From Kiritimatiellia bacterium (GTDB lineage: Bacteria > Verrucomicrobiota > Kiritimatiellia > RFP12 > JBMNHG01), in the NCBI GenBank assembly GCA_050950285.1, contig JBMNHG010000008.1, forward strand, positions 372,001 through 436,000: a stretch of DNA of 64,000 nucleotides. The letters run 5' to 3'. Numbering within the stretch: the stretch's first letter is position 1; every line of letters starts with the position of its first letter. Made by a program: the position numbers and the translations under genes. Of this stretch, positions 56,236-64,000 are shown in pieces. The notes under the pieces are model-generated. The model had not been told where the DNA came from, searched no databases, and worked only from the letters and a program-made list of their open reading frames with translations.

Positions 56236-57350
56236 GGGGCGGTCCCTCCGGGCACGGCGGGAGAGTCCGACGAGTCCGACGAGTCCGACAAGTCCGACGA
56301 GTCCGACGAGTCCGACGAGTCCGACAAGTCCGACGGGTCCGACGGGTCCGACAAGTCCGACGGGTCCGACGGGTCCGACCTGTCCGACCTGTCCGACGAG
56401 TCCGACTTGTCCGCCCCGTCCGCCGCGGCGAGCCACGCGGCGAGGGGGCTCTCGACGAAGTCGATGGCGCGGAGGCGCCAGCCGGCGCGGCGGACGGCCT
56501 CGACGATGGGTTCGCGGGGGTCGGCGGGGGCGGGCGGGGCGACGGTGAAGGCGAGGCGCCACCAGCCGTCGGGGAGGTGGTGGGCCTGGAAGCGTTCGAG
56601 GCCGGGGTGGCCGATGGCGGGCGGGGTGTCGGAGCCGTCGGGGGAGCGCACTTCCAGGCGGAGTTCCCGTCCGGCGGCGTCGGGCGGGAGCGGGGGGATC
56701 TGCTCCGCGCCGCAGGCGGCCACGAGGCGCCCGGCGCGCAGGGCGGCGAAGCGGGTGCAGAGGCGCGAGGCTTCGGGAAGCTGGTGGGTGGCGAGGAGGA
56801 TGGCGGCCTTGGCGGAGAGGCCGCGGATGAGGGCGGCGATGGAGCGCAGCTGGAAGGGGTCGATCTCCGCAAGGGGCTCGTCGAGCAGGAGGACCTTGGG
56901 GGAGTGGACGATGGCGGTGGCGATGCCGCAGCGGATGCGCTGGCCCTGGGAGAGGAGGCCGATGCGCACGTGGCGCTCCCGTTCGAGGCCGCAGCGGGCG
57001 ATGGCGTCGCGGGCGCGGACCTTGGCGCGGCGGCCGCCCTGGCCGTAGAGGGTCGAGCGGTAGAGGAGGAACTCCTCGACGGTGGGGTCGGGCGGCAGGG
57101 GGGCGCGCTCGGGGAGGAAGCCCGTGGCGGCGCGCCGCCGGGGGGAGCCTTCGTAGAGGTCCCTGCCGCCCACGAGCACCTCGCCGCCGGTGGGGGCGAG
57201 GGTGCCGGCCGCCATCCGAAGGAGGGTGGACTTGCCGGCGCCGTTGCGCCCGAGAAGCCCGACGATCTCGCCGGGGGCGACGGAGAGCGAGAGGTCGTCC
57301 ACGGCCGCGAAGGCGCCGAAGCGGCGGGTGAGATGGCGGAGTTCCAGCAT
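56232..57350 (-). CDS. GldA-like ABC ATP-binding protein with S-D-x repeat tail
   Basis: GRNGAGKST, LSQGQ, LLLDEP; 16 S-D-x units at the C-terminus. Confidence 0.9.
   Translation of the reverse strand: MLELRHLTRRFGAFAAVDDLSLSVAPGEIVGLLGRNGAGKSTLLRMAAGTLAPTGGEVLVGGRDLYEGSPRRRAATGFLPERAPLPPDPTVEEFLLYRSTLYGQGGRRAKVRARDAIARCGLERERHVRIGLLSQGQRIRCGIATAIVHSPKVLLLDEPLAEIDPFQLRSIAALIRGLSAKAAILLATHQLPEASRLCTRFAALRAGRLVAACGAEQIPPLPPDAAGRELRLEVRSPDGSDTPPAIGHPGLERFQAHHLPDGWWRLAFTVAPPAPADPREPIVEAVRRAGWRLRAIDFVESPLAAWLAAADGADKSDSSDRSDRSDPSDPSDLSDPSDPSDLSDSSDSSDSSDLSDSSDSSDSPAVPGGTAP
56265..56414 (-). repeat. In-frame TCGGACNNG 9-mer array (16 units)
   Basis: GTCCGA on + strand every 9 bp from 56265 to 56400. 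Confidence 0.92.
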
Positions 57351-57373
57351 GGTGCCGCGATTCCCCGGGCCGG

Positions 57374-58105
57374 CTAGCGGCCGACCGCCAGACGCTCCGC
57401 GAGCCGTTCGGGGAGGCCCGCACGGCGGTTTTTTTCCATCGCGGTCTCGATGTCGTAGGGCACGCGGCGGAAGCGGATCTGGCGGGCCTTGACGTCGTAG
57501 ATCGCGTAGGAGCCGAAGGGGACGCCGTCGCGGGGCTGGCCCACGCTTCCGACGTTCACGAAGTAGCGCGTCCCGAAGACGAGCCGGAAGTCCTCCGGGG
57601 GCAGGCGCATCACGTCGCCCAGGCGCAGTTCGAAGCGCAGGGGCACGTGGGTGTGGCCGTGGAAGCAGACGGCGGTGTCCTGCAGGATCATGGAGGCCTC
57701 GGCCTCGAGGATGTCGAAGACGTAGCCCCACTGGTCGGGCATGTCCAGCGTTCCATGGACGAGGGCGATCCGGGAGACCTTCCGCTCGTAGGGGAGGCCT
57801 TGCAGCCACTCGACGTCCTCCTCGCGGAGCTGCCGGCGGGTCCATTCGATGACCATGGCGGCCATGGGATGGAAGCCTTCGAGGGGGTCGTGGTGGGAGC
57901 AGTAGTGGTCGTGGTTGCCGCGCACGGTGGCGCAGTCGAGCGCGCGGACCTTCTCCACGCATTCGCGGGGGCTGGCGTTGTAGCCGACCACGTCGCCGAC
58001 GCAGAGGAAGTCCGTCACGGACTGCGAGCGCGCGTCCTCGATCACGGCCTCCAATGCTTCGAGGTTGGCGTGGATGTCGCCCAGTATGGCGTAGAGTCGA
58101 TCCAT
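57374..58105 (-). CDS. Metallophosphoesterase family protein
   Basis: GDIHAN, GDVVGY, RGNHD, HG, GHTH, NVGSVGQPRDG. Confidence 0.92.
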   Translation of the reverse strand: MDRLYAILGDIHANLEALEAVIEDARSQSVTDFLCVGDVVGYNASPRECVEKVRALDCATVRGNHDHYCSHHDPLEGFHPMAAMVIEWTRRQLREEDVEWLQGLPYERKVSRIALVHGTLDMPDQWGYVFDILEAEASMILQDTAVCFHGHTHVPLRFELRLGDVMRLPPEDFRLVFGTRYFVNVGSVGQPRDGVPFGSYAIYDVKARQIRFRRVPYDIETAMEKNRRAGLPERLAERLAVGR

Positions 58106-58136
58106 GGCGGGGAAAGGCGCTCGGGCGCGGGGGGGA

Positions 58137-58820
58137 TCAGCCGAACTGGAGGATGGCGTTGGCGGCGGGGAGGTCGTCGGGCAGGGTGATCTTGAAGTTG
58201 GGGCGCTGGCATTTGACGAGCCGGACGGGCTCGCCCAGGGCTTCCACGGCGGAGGAGTCGTCGGTGAAGACGACCTTGTCGGCGTCGGCCTTTTCGTAGG
58301 CGCGCTTCAGGATGTCGGCCTGGAAGGCCTGGGGGGTCTGGGCGCTCCAGAGCTTGGTGCGGTCGATGGTGCCTTCGACGGCCAGGTAGCGTCCGGCGGC
58401 GACCTTGACGGTGTCGACCACCTTGCTGGCGGCGACGGCGGCGCCGTGGCGCTGGGCGGTGCGGACGGTTTCGCCGATGAGGTCGGGGGTGACGAGCGGG
58501 CGGGCGCCGTCGTGGACGACGATCACGGTGGTGTCGGGATCCATGGCCTCCATGCCGCACTTGACGGAGGTCTGGCGGCGCGCCCCGCCTTTGACGACGG
58601 CGTAGAGCTTGGAGATGCCGTAGAGGCGCCCGGCGCTCTTGCCGGCGTCGACCTGGTCCTTGCGCACCACGAGCACGATCCGGTCGATGGCGGGGCAGGC
58701 CTCGAAGGCCATCAGCGAATAGGCGATGACGGGCTTGGGGCCGAGGCTCAGGAAGGCCTTGTCCACGTGGGCGCCCATGCGCTTGCTCTTGCCTGCGGCG
58801 ACGATGATGGCAGTGACCAT
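58137..58820 (-). CDS. ispD: 2-C-methyl-D-erythritol 4-phosphate cytidylyltransferase
   Basis: AAGKSKRMG..K, GGARRQTSV, VHDGARP, QTPQAF, TDD, NFKITLPDDL. Confidence 0.95.
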   Translation of the reverse strand: MVTAIIVAAGKSKRMGAHVDKAFLSLGPKPVIAYSLMAFEACPAIDRIVLVVRKDQVDAGKSAGRLYGISKLYAVVKGGARRQTSVKCGMEAMDPDTTVIVVHDGARPLVTPDLIGETVRTAQRHGAAVAASKVVDTVKVAAGRYLAVEGTIDRTKLWSAQTPQAFQADILKRAYEKADADKVVFTDDSSAVEALGEPVRLVKCQRPNFKITLPDDLPAANAILQFG

Positions 58821-58905
58821 AGAAAGACTCCTTTTCCTGCCGCGGGAGACCGTTCGACCGGCCGTCCGCGCGGCTTTCCTCTATCGAGTATCCATACGGG
58901 GAATA

Positions 58906-58934
58906 AAGATACCCCCATGCCCGCGCGAAGTCAA
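58906..58934 (-). promoter_or_regulatory. Sigma70-type promoter upstream of ispD
   Basis: TTGACT-17 nt-TATCTT on the minus strand. Confidence 0.55.
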
Positions 58935-58959
58935 GCCAATGTCGCGCGTCGGCGCGCCT

Positions 58960-59085
58960 GCGGCACGCCGCCGGCGATTGACCGGATTGACCGGATTGAC
59001 CCGATTGACGCCGCCCCGCCCGCCCCGCCCCCTCCCTGGGGACCGCCGTCCCCGGCGGGCTGGTCGCCTGTCGCCTGTCGCGGGT
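58960..59085 (+). repeat. Composite intergenic repeat (9-mer array, hairpin 25-mer at 59036, gtcgcct 7-mers)
   Basis: gattgaccggattgaccggattgacccgattgac followed by ctggggaccgccgtccccggcgggc. Confidence 0.88.
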
Positions 59086-59087
59086 CG

Positions 59088-60080
59088 CTACCGGGCGCCG
59101 CTGTAGAGGCGGTCGAACCAATAGGGGAGGAGGGTCGTCGGCGGGAGGTGGCGGTTGAACTGGCGGGCGAGCTCCTCGATGCCGTCGACGTTGGCGAGGG
59201 CCTGCGAGCGGGTGAGGCGCGCGGCGCGGGCCTGGAGGGTTTCGAGGCGGGAGGGGTTGTCCACGAGCGAGGGGTCGCCGCCGGAGCGGAGGACGAGGAG
59301 GTCGCGGTACCAGGAGAGGATGCATTCGAGGAAGGCGGCGCGGTATTCGCGGAAGCGGGCTTCGATGCGGGCATCGAGCACTTCGTCGTCCTCGTCGAGC
59401 TTGTCCTCCTCCTGCCTGGCTTCGGCCGCGATTTCGGCGCGCGCCCTGTCTTTGAGGCCGTCGAGGATGGCGTTGAGGCGCGCCGCGACGGCCATGGCGG
59501 CGGCGGGCCCCTCGTTGGCGGCGTCGGTGACGGCATCGAGGATGGCCTCGCGGCAGTCGGGGTCGAGCAGGATGCCGGGGGGCTCGACCTCCCGCACGTC
59601 GAGGCGCTGGCACCGCGACAGGATGGTGGGGGGCAGGGCTTCGGGGGTGTCGGTGAGCAGGAGGATGAGGGTTCGCGGGGGCGGTTCCTCGAGGGTGAGG
59701 AGGAAGGCGTTGGCGGCCTCGGTGTTCAGGCAGTCGGCGCCGGCGAGGAGGATGGCCTTCCAGCCGCCGATGAAGGAGGTCTGGGAGGCGAAGGGCAGGA
59801 CGATGTCGCGGATCTGGTCGACGGAGATGATGCGGGAGCGCTTTTCCGGCTCGATCCAGCAGGCGTCGACCCAGATGCGCTCGGAGGCCTGCCGGCAGGC
59901 GTTGCAGGTCTTGCAGGGCGGGTTTTCCTCCTGGCAGGCGAGGAGCTGGAGGATGCGGATGGCCAGGTCGCCCGCGGCGCCGCGGGGGGAGCCGACGAGG
60001 AGGTAGGCATGGGCCGTGCGGTCGGCGAGGAAGGCGCGCCTGAAGGGGTCGAAGGCGTCGTCGACGGTCATGGGGGGCAT
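59088..60080 (-). CDS. holB: DNA polymerase III delta-prime subunit
   Basis: AHAYLL, C..PC..CNAC zinc site, ISVDQIR, AANAFLLTLEEPP, PTILSRCQ; follows tmk. Confidence 0.9.
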   Translation of the reverse strand: MPPMTVDDAFDPFRRAFLADRTAHAYLLVGSPRGAAGDLAIRILQLLACQEENPPCKTCNACRQASERIWVDACWIEPEKRSRIISVDQIRDIVLPFASQTSFIGGWKAILLAGADCLNTEAANAFLLTLEEPPPRTLILLLTDTPEALPPTILSRCQRLDVREVEPPGILLDPDCREAILDAVTDAANEGPAAAMAVAARLNAILDGLKDRARAEIAAEARQEEDKLDEDDEVLDARIEARFREYRAAFLECILSWYRDLLVLRSGGDPSLVDNPSRLETLQARAARLTRSQALANVDGIEELARQFNRHLPPTTLLPYWFDRLYSGAR

Positions 60081-60757
60081 TCTCCGCGTGGGGCGTGGAG
60101 GCGCGGGGCGAAGCGCGAGGAAAGGATGCTCCAGAGGTCGTCGAAGACCTCGTCGGGGTCGCGCGAGGCGTCCACCACGACGCAGCGGCTGGGCTCTTCG
60201 CGGGCGAGGTCGAGGAAGCCCTTGCGCATCCGGGCGTGGAAGCCGGCGTCCTCGCGCTCGAAGCGGTCGGGGCCTTCGTCGCGCGCGGCCATGCGGCCCA
60301 GGCCCACCTCGGCGGGGACATCGAGCACGAAGGTGAGGTCCGGGACGCGGCCGGCGGTGGCGAAGGCGTTGAGGGCCTTGAGGGTCTCGACCGGGAGGCC
60401 GCGGCCGTAGCCCTGGTAGGCCACGGTGGAGTCGGTGAAGCGGTCGCTGAGGACCCAGGCGCCGCGCGCGAGGGCCGGCTCGACCACCCGCGCGACCAGC
60501 TGGGCGCGGCTGGCGCAGAAGAGGAGCGGCTCGGCGCGTTCGCAGGGGGTTTCGCCGGCGGCGTCGTGCTGGAGGAGGCCGCGCACGGACTCGCCCAGCC
60601 GCGTCCCGCCCGGCTCGCGGGTGGTCACGACATCCAGCCCCATTTCGCCGAGACGGGCGGCCAGCCGCCGGATCTGGGTGGACTTGCCGCCGCCCTCCGG
60701 CCCTTCAAAGGTGACGAAGACGCCACGCGCGTCGCAAGGAGTACGAGTTACAGACAT
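60068..60757 (-). CDS. tmk: Thymidylate kinase
   Basis: FEGPEGGGKSTQ, TREPGGT, DRFTDSTVAYQGYGRG, PDLTFVLDV. Confidence 0.95.
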   Translation of the reverse strand: MSVTRTPCDARGVFVTFEGPEGGGKSTQIRRLAARLGEMGLDVVTTREPGGTRLGESVRGLLQHDAAGETPCERAEPLLFCASRAQLVARVVEPALARGAWVLSDRFTDSTVAYQGYGRGLPVETLKALNAFATAGRVPDLTFVLDVPAEVGLGRMAARDEGPDRFEREDAGFHARMRKGFLDLAREEPSRCVVVDASRDPDEVFDDLWSILSSRFAPRLHAPRGECPP

Positions 60758-60836
60758 GAAACCGGAGTATACCACCCCGTTCCCGCAGCGGGAAGGAAAA
60801 GTGGTTGGGGGGGCGGTGGCGGTCCCCAGGCGGCAA

Positions 60837-61200
60837 GCGACAGGCGACAAGCGACAGGCGACAGGCGTGGATGCGCGGGTGCGCGGGTGGGTGGGTGGCG
60901 GGTGCGTGGGTGCGCGGGCGGGTGGGTGGCGGGTGCGCGGGTCGGGTGGGGTGCGCGGGTGCGTGGGTGCGCGGGCGGGTGCGTGGGTGCGCGGGCGGGC
61001 GGGTGGGTGGGTGGGTGGGTGGGCGTCGGTCGGGTCGATCGGGTCAATCGGGTCAATCGGGTCAATCCGGTCAATCGGGTCAATCCGGTCAATCCGGTCA
61101 ATCGCCGGCGGCCCGCCGCGACCCGCGGCATGGGCGGGCGGGCCTGTCGCGTGTCGAGCGTCGAGCGTCGCCCGTCGCCCGTCGCGTGTCGCCCGTCGCG
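60837..61200 (-). repeat. Composite intergenic repeat: GCGACAG 7-mers, GGTGCG(C/T)G 8-mers, inverted GATTGACC array, cgtcgcc 7-mers
   Basis: gcgacaggcgacaagcgacaggcgacagg; G/T-rich tract 60875-61022; ggtcaatc(c/g) about 7 units at 61040-61103. Confidence 0.85.
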
Positions 61201-61266
61201 AGTCGCCTCCTTCCGGCGCGTTCCGAATTGCCCGCGCTGCGGGGGTTCGCTATACTTGGCCCATCC

Positions 61267-62475
61267 ATGACCTCCGTCCTTCCACCTCTTCCCGGGGATG
61301 TCGCCATCGAAGTGCGCGGCGTGAGCAAGGAGTATCGCCTGCAAGGGGCCGGCGGTTCGCTCAAGGCCGCGCTTCTCGACCGCCTGCGCGGGCGGCGCCG
61401 CCCCGTTTTCCGCGCCTTGGACCATGCGGATTTCACCGTGCGCAAGGGCGAGACGCTCGGCATCATCGGGGCGAACGGCGCCGGCAAGTCCACCCTGCTC
61501 GCGCTGGTCGCCGGCACGCTCCGCCCCACCACCGGGACCATCCGCACCGCCGGCGCCATCTCCTCCCTCCTCGAGCTGGGCGCCGGCTTCCATCCGGACC
61601 TCACCGGGCGCGACAACGTCTACCTCTACGGCGCCATCATGGGGCTTCCGCGCGCCCGCATGCGCTCGCGCTTCGACGCCATCGTGGACTTCGCCGGCAT
61701 CGGGCCGTTCATCGACCAGCCGGTCCGCAGCTACTCCTCCGGGATGTACGTGCGCCTCGGCTTCGCCGTGGCCGTGGAGGTCGATCCCGACATCCTGCTC
61801 GTGGACGAGGTGCTGGCCGTGGGCGACGTCGACTTCCAGCGCAAGTGCCTCGACCGCATGAGGGCCTTCCGCGACGCCGGCAAGACCCTCCTCGTGATCT
61901 CCCACGACATGCACGCCATCCGCTCGATCTCGGACCGCATCCTCCTGCTCGACCGCGGGCGGGTGAAGGGCGTGGGCGCGCCGGACGAGATCGTCTCGGG
62001 ATACCAGCGCGCCGCCCTCGGCGCGGCCTCCGGCAACGGCCTCCGGCGCGAATGGGGGTCGGGCGAAGTGCGCTTCACGGGCGTGGACCTGACGGACGGC
62101 GACGGCCGTCCCCGCCCGCTCTTCGAGGCCGGGTCCACCCTGCGCATCGCCCTGCGCTACCACGCCGACCGGCCCGTGCCCGCCCCCGTCTTCGGCTTCG
62201 CCGTGGCGGACGCCGCCGGGCGCATCGTCTACGGCGCCAACACGCAGACGGCCCGCTTCCCCGTGGGCGACCTGCCCGAGGGCGACGGCTCGCTCGTGCT
62301 CGAACTCCCCGATTTGCGCCTGGCCTCCGGCGCCTACCTCCTTTCCGTGTCCGTCCACTCCGCCGACCACGTCTCGAACTACCACCGCCTCGACCACGCC
62401 TTCCCCTTCACCGTGGCCAATCCGCTCTCCTTCGACGGCTGCGTCGCGATGGACACCCGCTGGAGCCGCCCATGA
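61267..62475 (+). CDS. Wzt/RfbB-type polysaccharide ABC exporter ATPase with Wzt C-terminal domain
   Basis: GANGAGKSTLL, LELGAGFHPDLTGRDN, YSSGMYVRLGFAVA, DEVLAVGD; TTGCCC-17 nt-TATACT upstream. Confidence 0.9.
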   Translation: MTSVLPPLPGDVAIEVRGVSKEYRLQGAGGSLKAALLDRLRGRRRPVFRALDHADFTVRKGETLGIIGANGAGKSTLLALVAGTLRPTTGTIRTAGAISSLLELGAGFHPDLTGRDNVYLYGAIMGLPRARMRSRFDAIVDFAGIGPFIDQPVRSYSSGMYVRLGFAVAVEVDPDILLVDEVLAVGDVDFQRKCLDRMRAFRDAGKTLLVISHDMHAIRSISDRILLLDRGRVKGVGAPDEIVSGYQRAALGAASGNGLRREWGSGEVRFTGVDLTDGDGRPRPLFEAGSTLRIALRYHADRPVPAPVFGFAVADAAGRIVYGANTQTARFPVGDLPEGDGSLVLELPDLRLASGAYLLSVSVHSADHVSNYHRLDHAFPFTVANPLSFDGCVAMDTRWSRP

Positions 62476-63341
62476 CCCTTCCCGACCTGCTCGCGGACCC
62501 CCGCGTCCTTCCCGTCCTCCAAAACGCCCTGGAAGAGGACATCGGCCCCGGCGACGCCACCACCCTCGCCCTCGTCGACCCCGGCATCGAGGCCGAAGGG
62601 ACCATCTTCCCGCGCTCCGGATGCCGCGTGGCCGGCGCCGGGGTGGCCGCGGCCGTCCTCCACGCCGTCGATCCCGCCATCCGCTGCGAGATCCTCCTGC
62701 CCGACGGCTCGGACGCCCCCGCCGACGCGCCCATCCTCCGCCTCCGCGGGCGCGCCGCCTCCATCCTCACCGCCGAGCGCGTGGCCCTCAACTTCCTCCA
62801 GCGCATGTGCGGCATCGCCACGATGACCCGCCGCTTCGTCCGGGCCGTGGCCGATTTCGGCACGCTCATCCTCGACACCCGGAAGACCACCCCCGGCCTC
62901 CGCGCCTTCGAGAAGTACAGCGTGCTCTGCGGCGGCGGCGCCAACCACCGCATGGGCCTCTACGACCGCGTGATGGTGAAGGACAACCACCGCCGCCTCT
63001 GGGCCTCGGGCGACCCCTTCTCCCTCGACGGCGCCGTGGAGGCCGCCCGCGCCCGCTTCCCGGAACTCGCCGTGGAGGTGGAGGTGGAGAGCCTCGACGA
63101 ATGCCGCTCCGCCCTCCGCGCGCGCCCCGAATGGATCCTGCTCGACAACATGCCCTGCGACCGCATGGCCGAGTGCGTCCGCCTCTGCAAGGGCATCTCC
63201 CGCACCGAAGCCTCCGGCGGCATCACCTTCGAACGCATCCGCGAGGTCGCCGCCACCGGCGTGGACGCCATCTCCCTCGGCTGCCTCACCCACTCCGCCC
63301 CCGCGTGCGACCTCTCGCTCGAATGGACGGAGATCCGCTGA
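62472..63341 (+). CDS. nadC: Nicotinate-nucleotide diphosphorylase (carboxylating)
   Basis: EDIGPGDATT, AERVALNFLQR, DTRKTTPG, NHRMGLYD, KDNH, LLDNM. Confidence 0.96.
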   Translation: MTLPDLLADPRVLPVLQNALEEDIGPGDATTLALVDPGIEAEGTIFPRSGCRVAGAGVAAAVLHAVDPAIRCEILLPDGSDAPADAPILRLRGRAASILTAERVALNFLQRMCGIATMTRRFVRAVADFGTLILDTRKTTPGLRAFEKYSVLCGGGANHRMGLYDRVMVKDNHRRLWASGDPFSLDGAVEAARARFPELAVEVEVESLDECRSALRARPEWILLDNMPCDRMAECVRLCKGISRTEASGGITFERIREVAATGVDAISLGCLTHSAPACDLSLEWTEIR

Positions 63342-63357
63342 ACCGCCGGCCTGCGCC

Positions 63358-64000
63358 ATGACGGACCTCCTGAAGAACGGCGCCTTCCTGCTCGTGCTGC
63401 TCGGCTCGTTCCACGCGCTGGCGCGGACGGTCCGCCGGCGGCCCGCGTCCGGCGCCTGGCGGGGGTTCGCGGCGCGCCTCCGCGCCCGCGGCGTGGAGCA
63501 GCGCGACACCGCCTGGCTCTTCGGCCTCCTCGCCGTCACCCTCGTCCCCGCGCTGGTCTCCGGGTTTTTCCCCGCGCCCGCCGCGTCCGCCGCGCCCGCC
63601 GCGTCTTCGCCGGTTGCGGAGGCGCTCGCGTTCCTGGCGGGGCCGCTGCTCTTCCCGGCGGCCCTCGCGCTGGCCGCCGTCCTCCCGCCGCTCCTCCGCG
63701 GCCTCGACGCCCGCGACGTCTTCGGCCTGCGCGGAAGCGTGTCCGGGGCCCTGCGGCTGGGCGTCCGCTGGGGGATGGCCATGGTCCTCCCCCTCCTTCT
63801 CCTCGGCCTTGCGCTGGCCGGGCTCTCGCGCCTCGGCGGGACGGAGCCCGAACCCCAGCCGGTCTTCCGGAGCCTGGGGGCCTCGGGCGAGGCGCCCTGG
63901 CGGCAGCTCTGGATCGTGCTTTGCGGCGTGCTGTTTTCGCCCCTCGGGGAAGAGGCGGCCTTCCGCGGCCTGCTGCTTCCCGCGCTGCTCCGCCGTCGCG
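63358..64000 (+). CDS. CPBP (CAAX/Abi) intramembrane metalloprotease, 3' end outside window
   Basis: Hand-translated MTDLLKNGAFLL..., several TMs, PLGEEAAFRGLL motif. Confidence 0.8.
   Translation, partial: MTDLLKNGAFLLVLLGSFHALARTVRRRPASGAWRGFAARLRARGVEQRDTAWLFGLLAVTLVPALVSGFFPAPAASAAPAASSPVAEALAFLAGPLLFPAALALAAVLPPLLRGLDARDVFGLRGSVSGALRLGVRWGMAMVLPLLLLGLALAGLSRLGGTEPEPQPVFRSLGASGEAPWRQLWIVLCGVLFSPLGEEAAFRGLLLPALLRRR

Noticed and set aside
1..64000. tRNA, rRNA, integrase or transposase genes
   Set aside because: None recognised by eye; tRNAscan-SE, Infernal and ISEScan were not run.

Overview
High-GC bacterial chromosomal segment. Gene content suggests the PVC superphylum, probably Kiritimatiellae/Lentisphaerae-like (TIGR04138-type protein, PEP-CTERM protein, secreted proteins ending in F(F/Y)R strands); this is an inference. 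About 1-15 kb is an accessory surface-protein region: two paralogous SdrD-B-type proteins, a zinc-related cassette, C10 and C25 cysteine peptidases, and an unannotated 49-aa YxxP-leader peptide with its own promoter followed by an HPr-kinase-like gene. The rest is mostly housekeeping (birA, guaB, pyrH, frr, plsY, gpsA, uvrA, ispD, holB, tmk, nadC). It is interspersed with an FHA-MoxR ATPase, carbohydrate-active enzymes, an ExbB/ExbD/ExbD/DUF4159 module and a GldA/F/G-like ABC system. From 30 kb onward there is a modular repeat family: GAC-phased 9-bp arrays, a 25-bp hairpin and 7/8-mers. These fill intergenic spaces and also occur in frame inside genes. Four genes carry single-base homopolymer frameshifts, probably assembly errors. 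No rRNA, tRNA, CRISPR array or transposase was recognised. All family assignments are by motif recognition, not database search.
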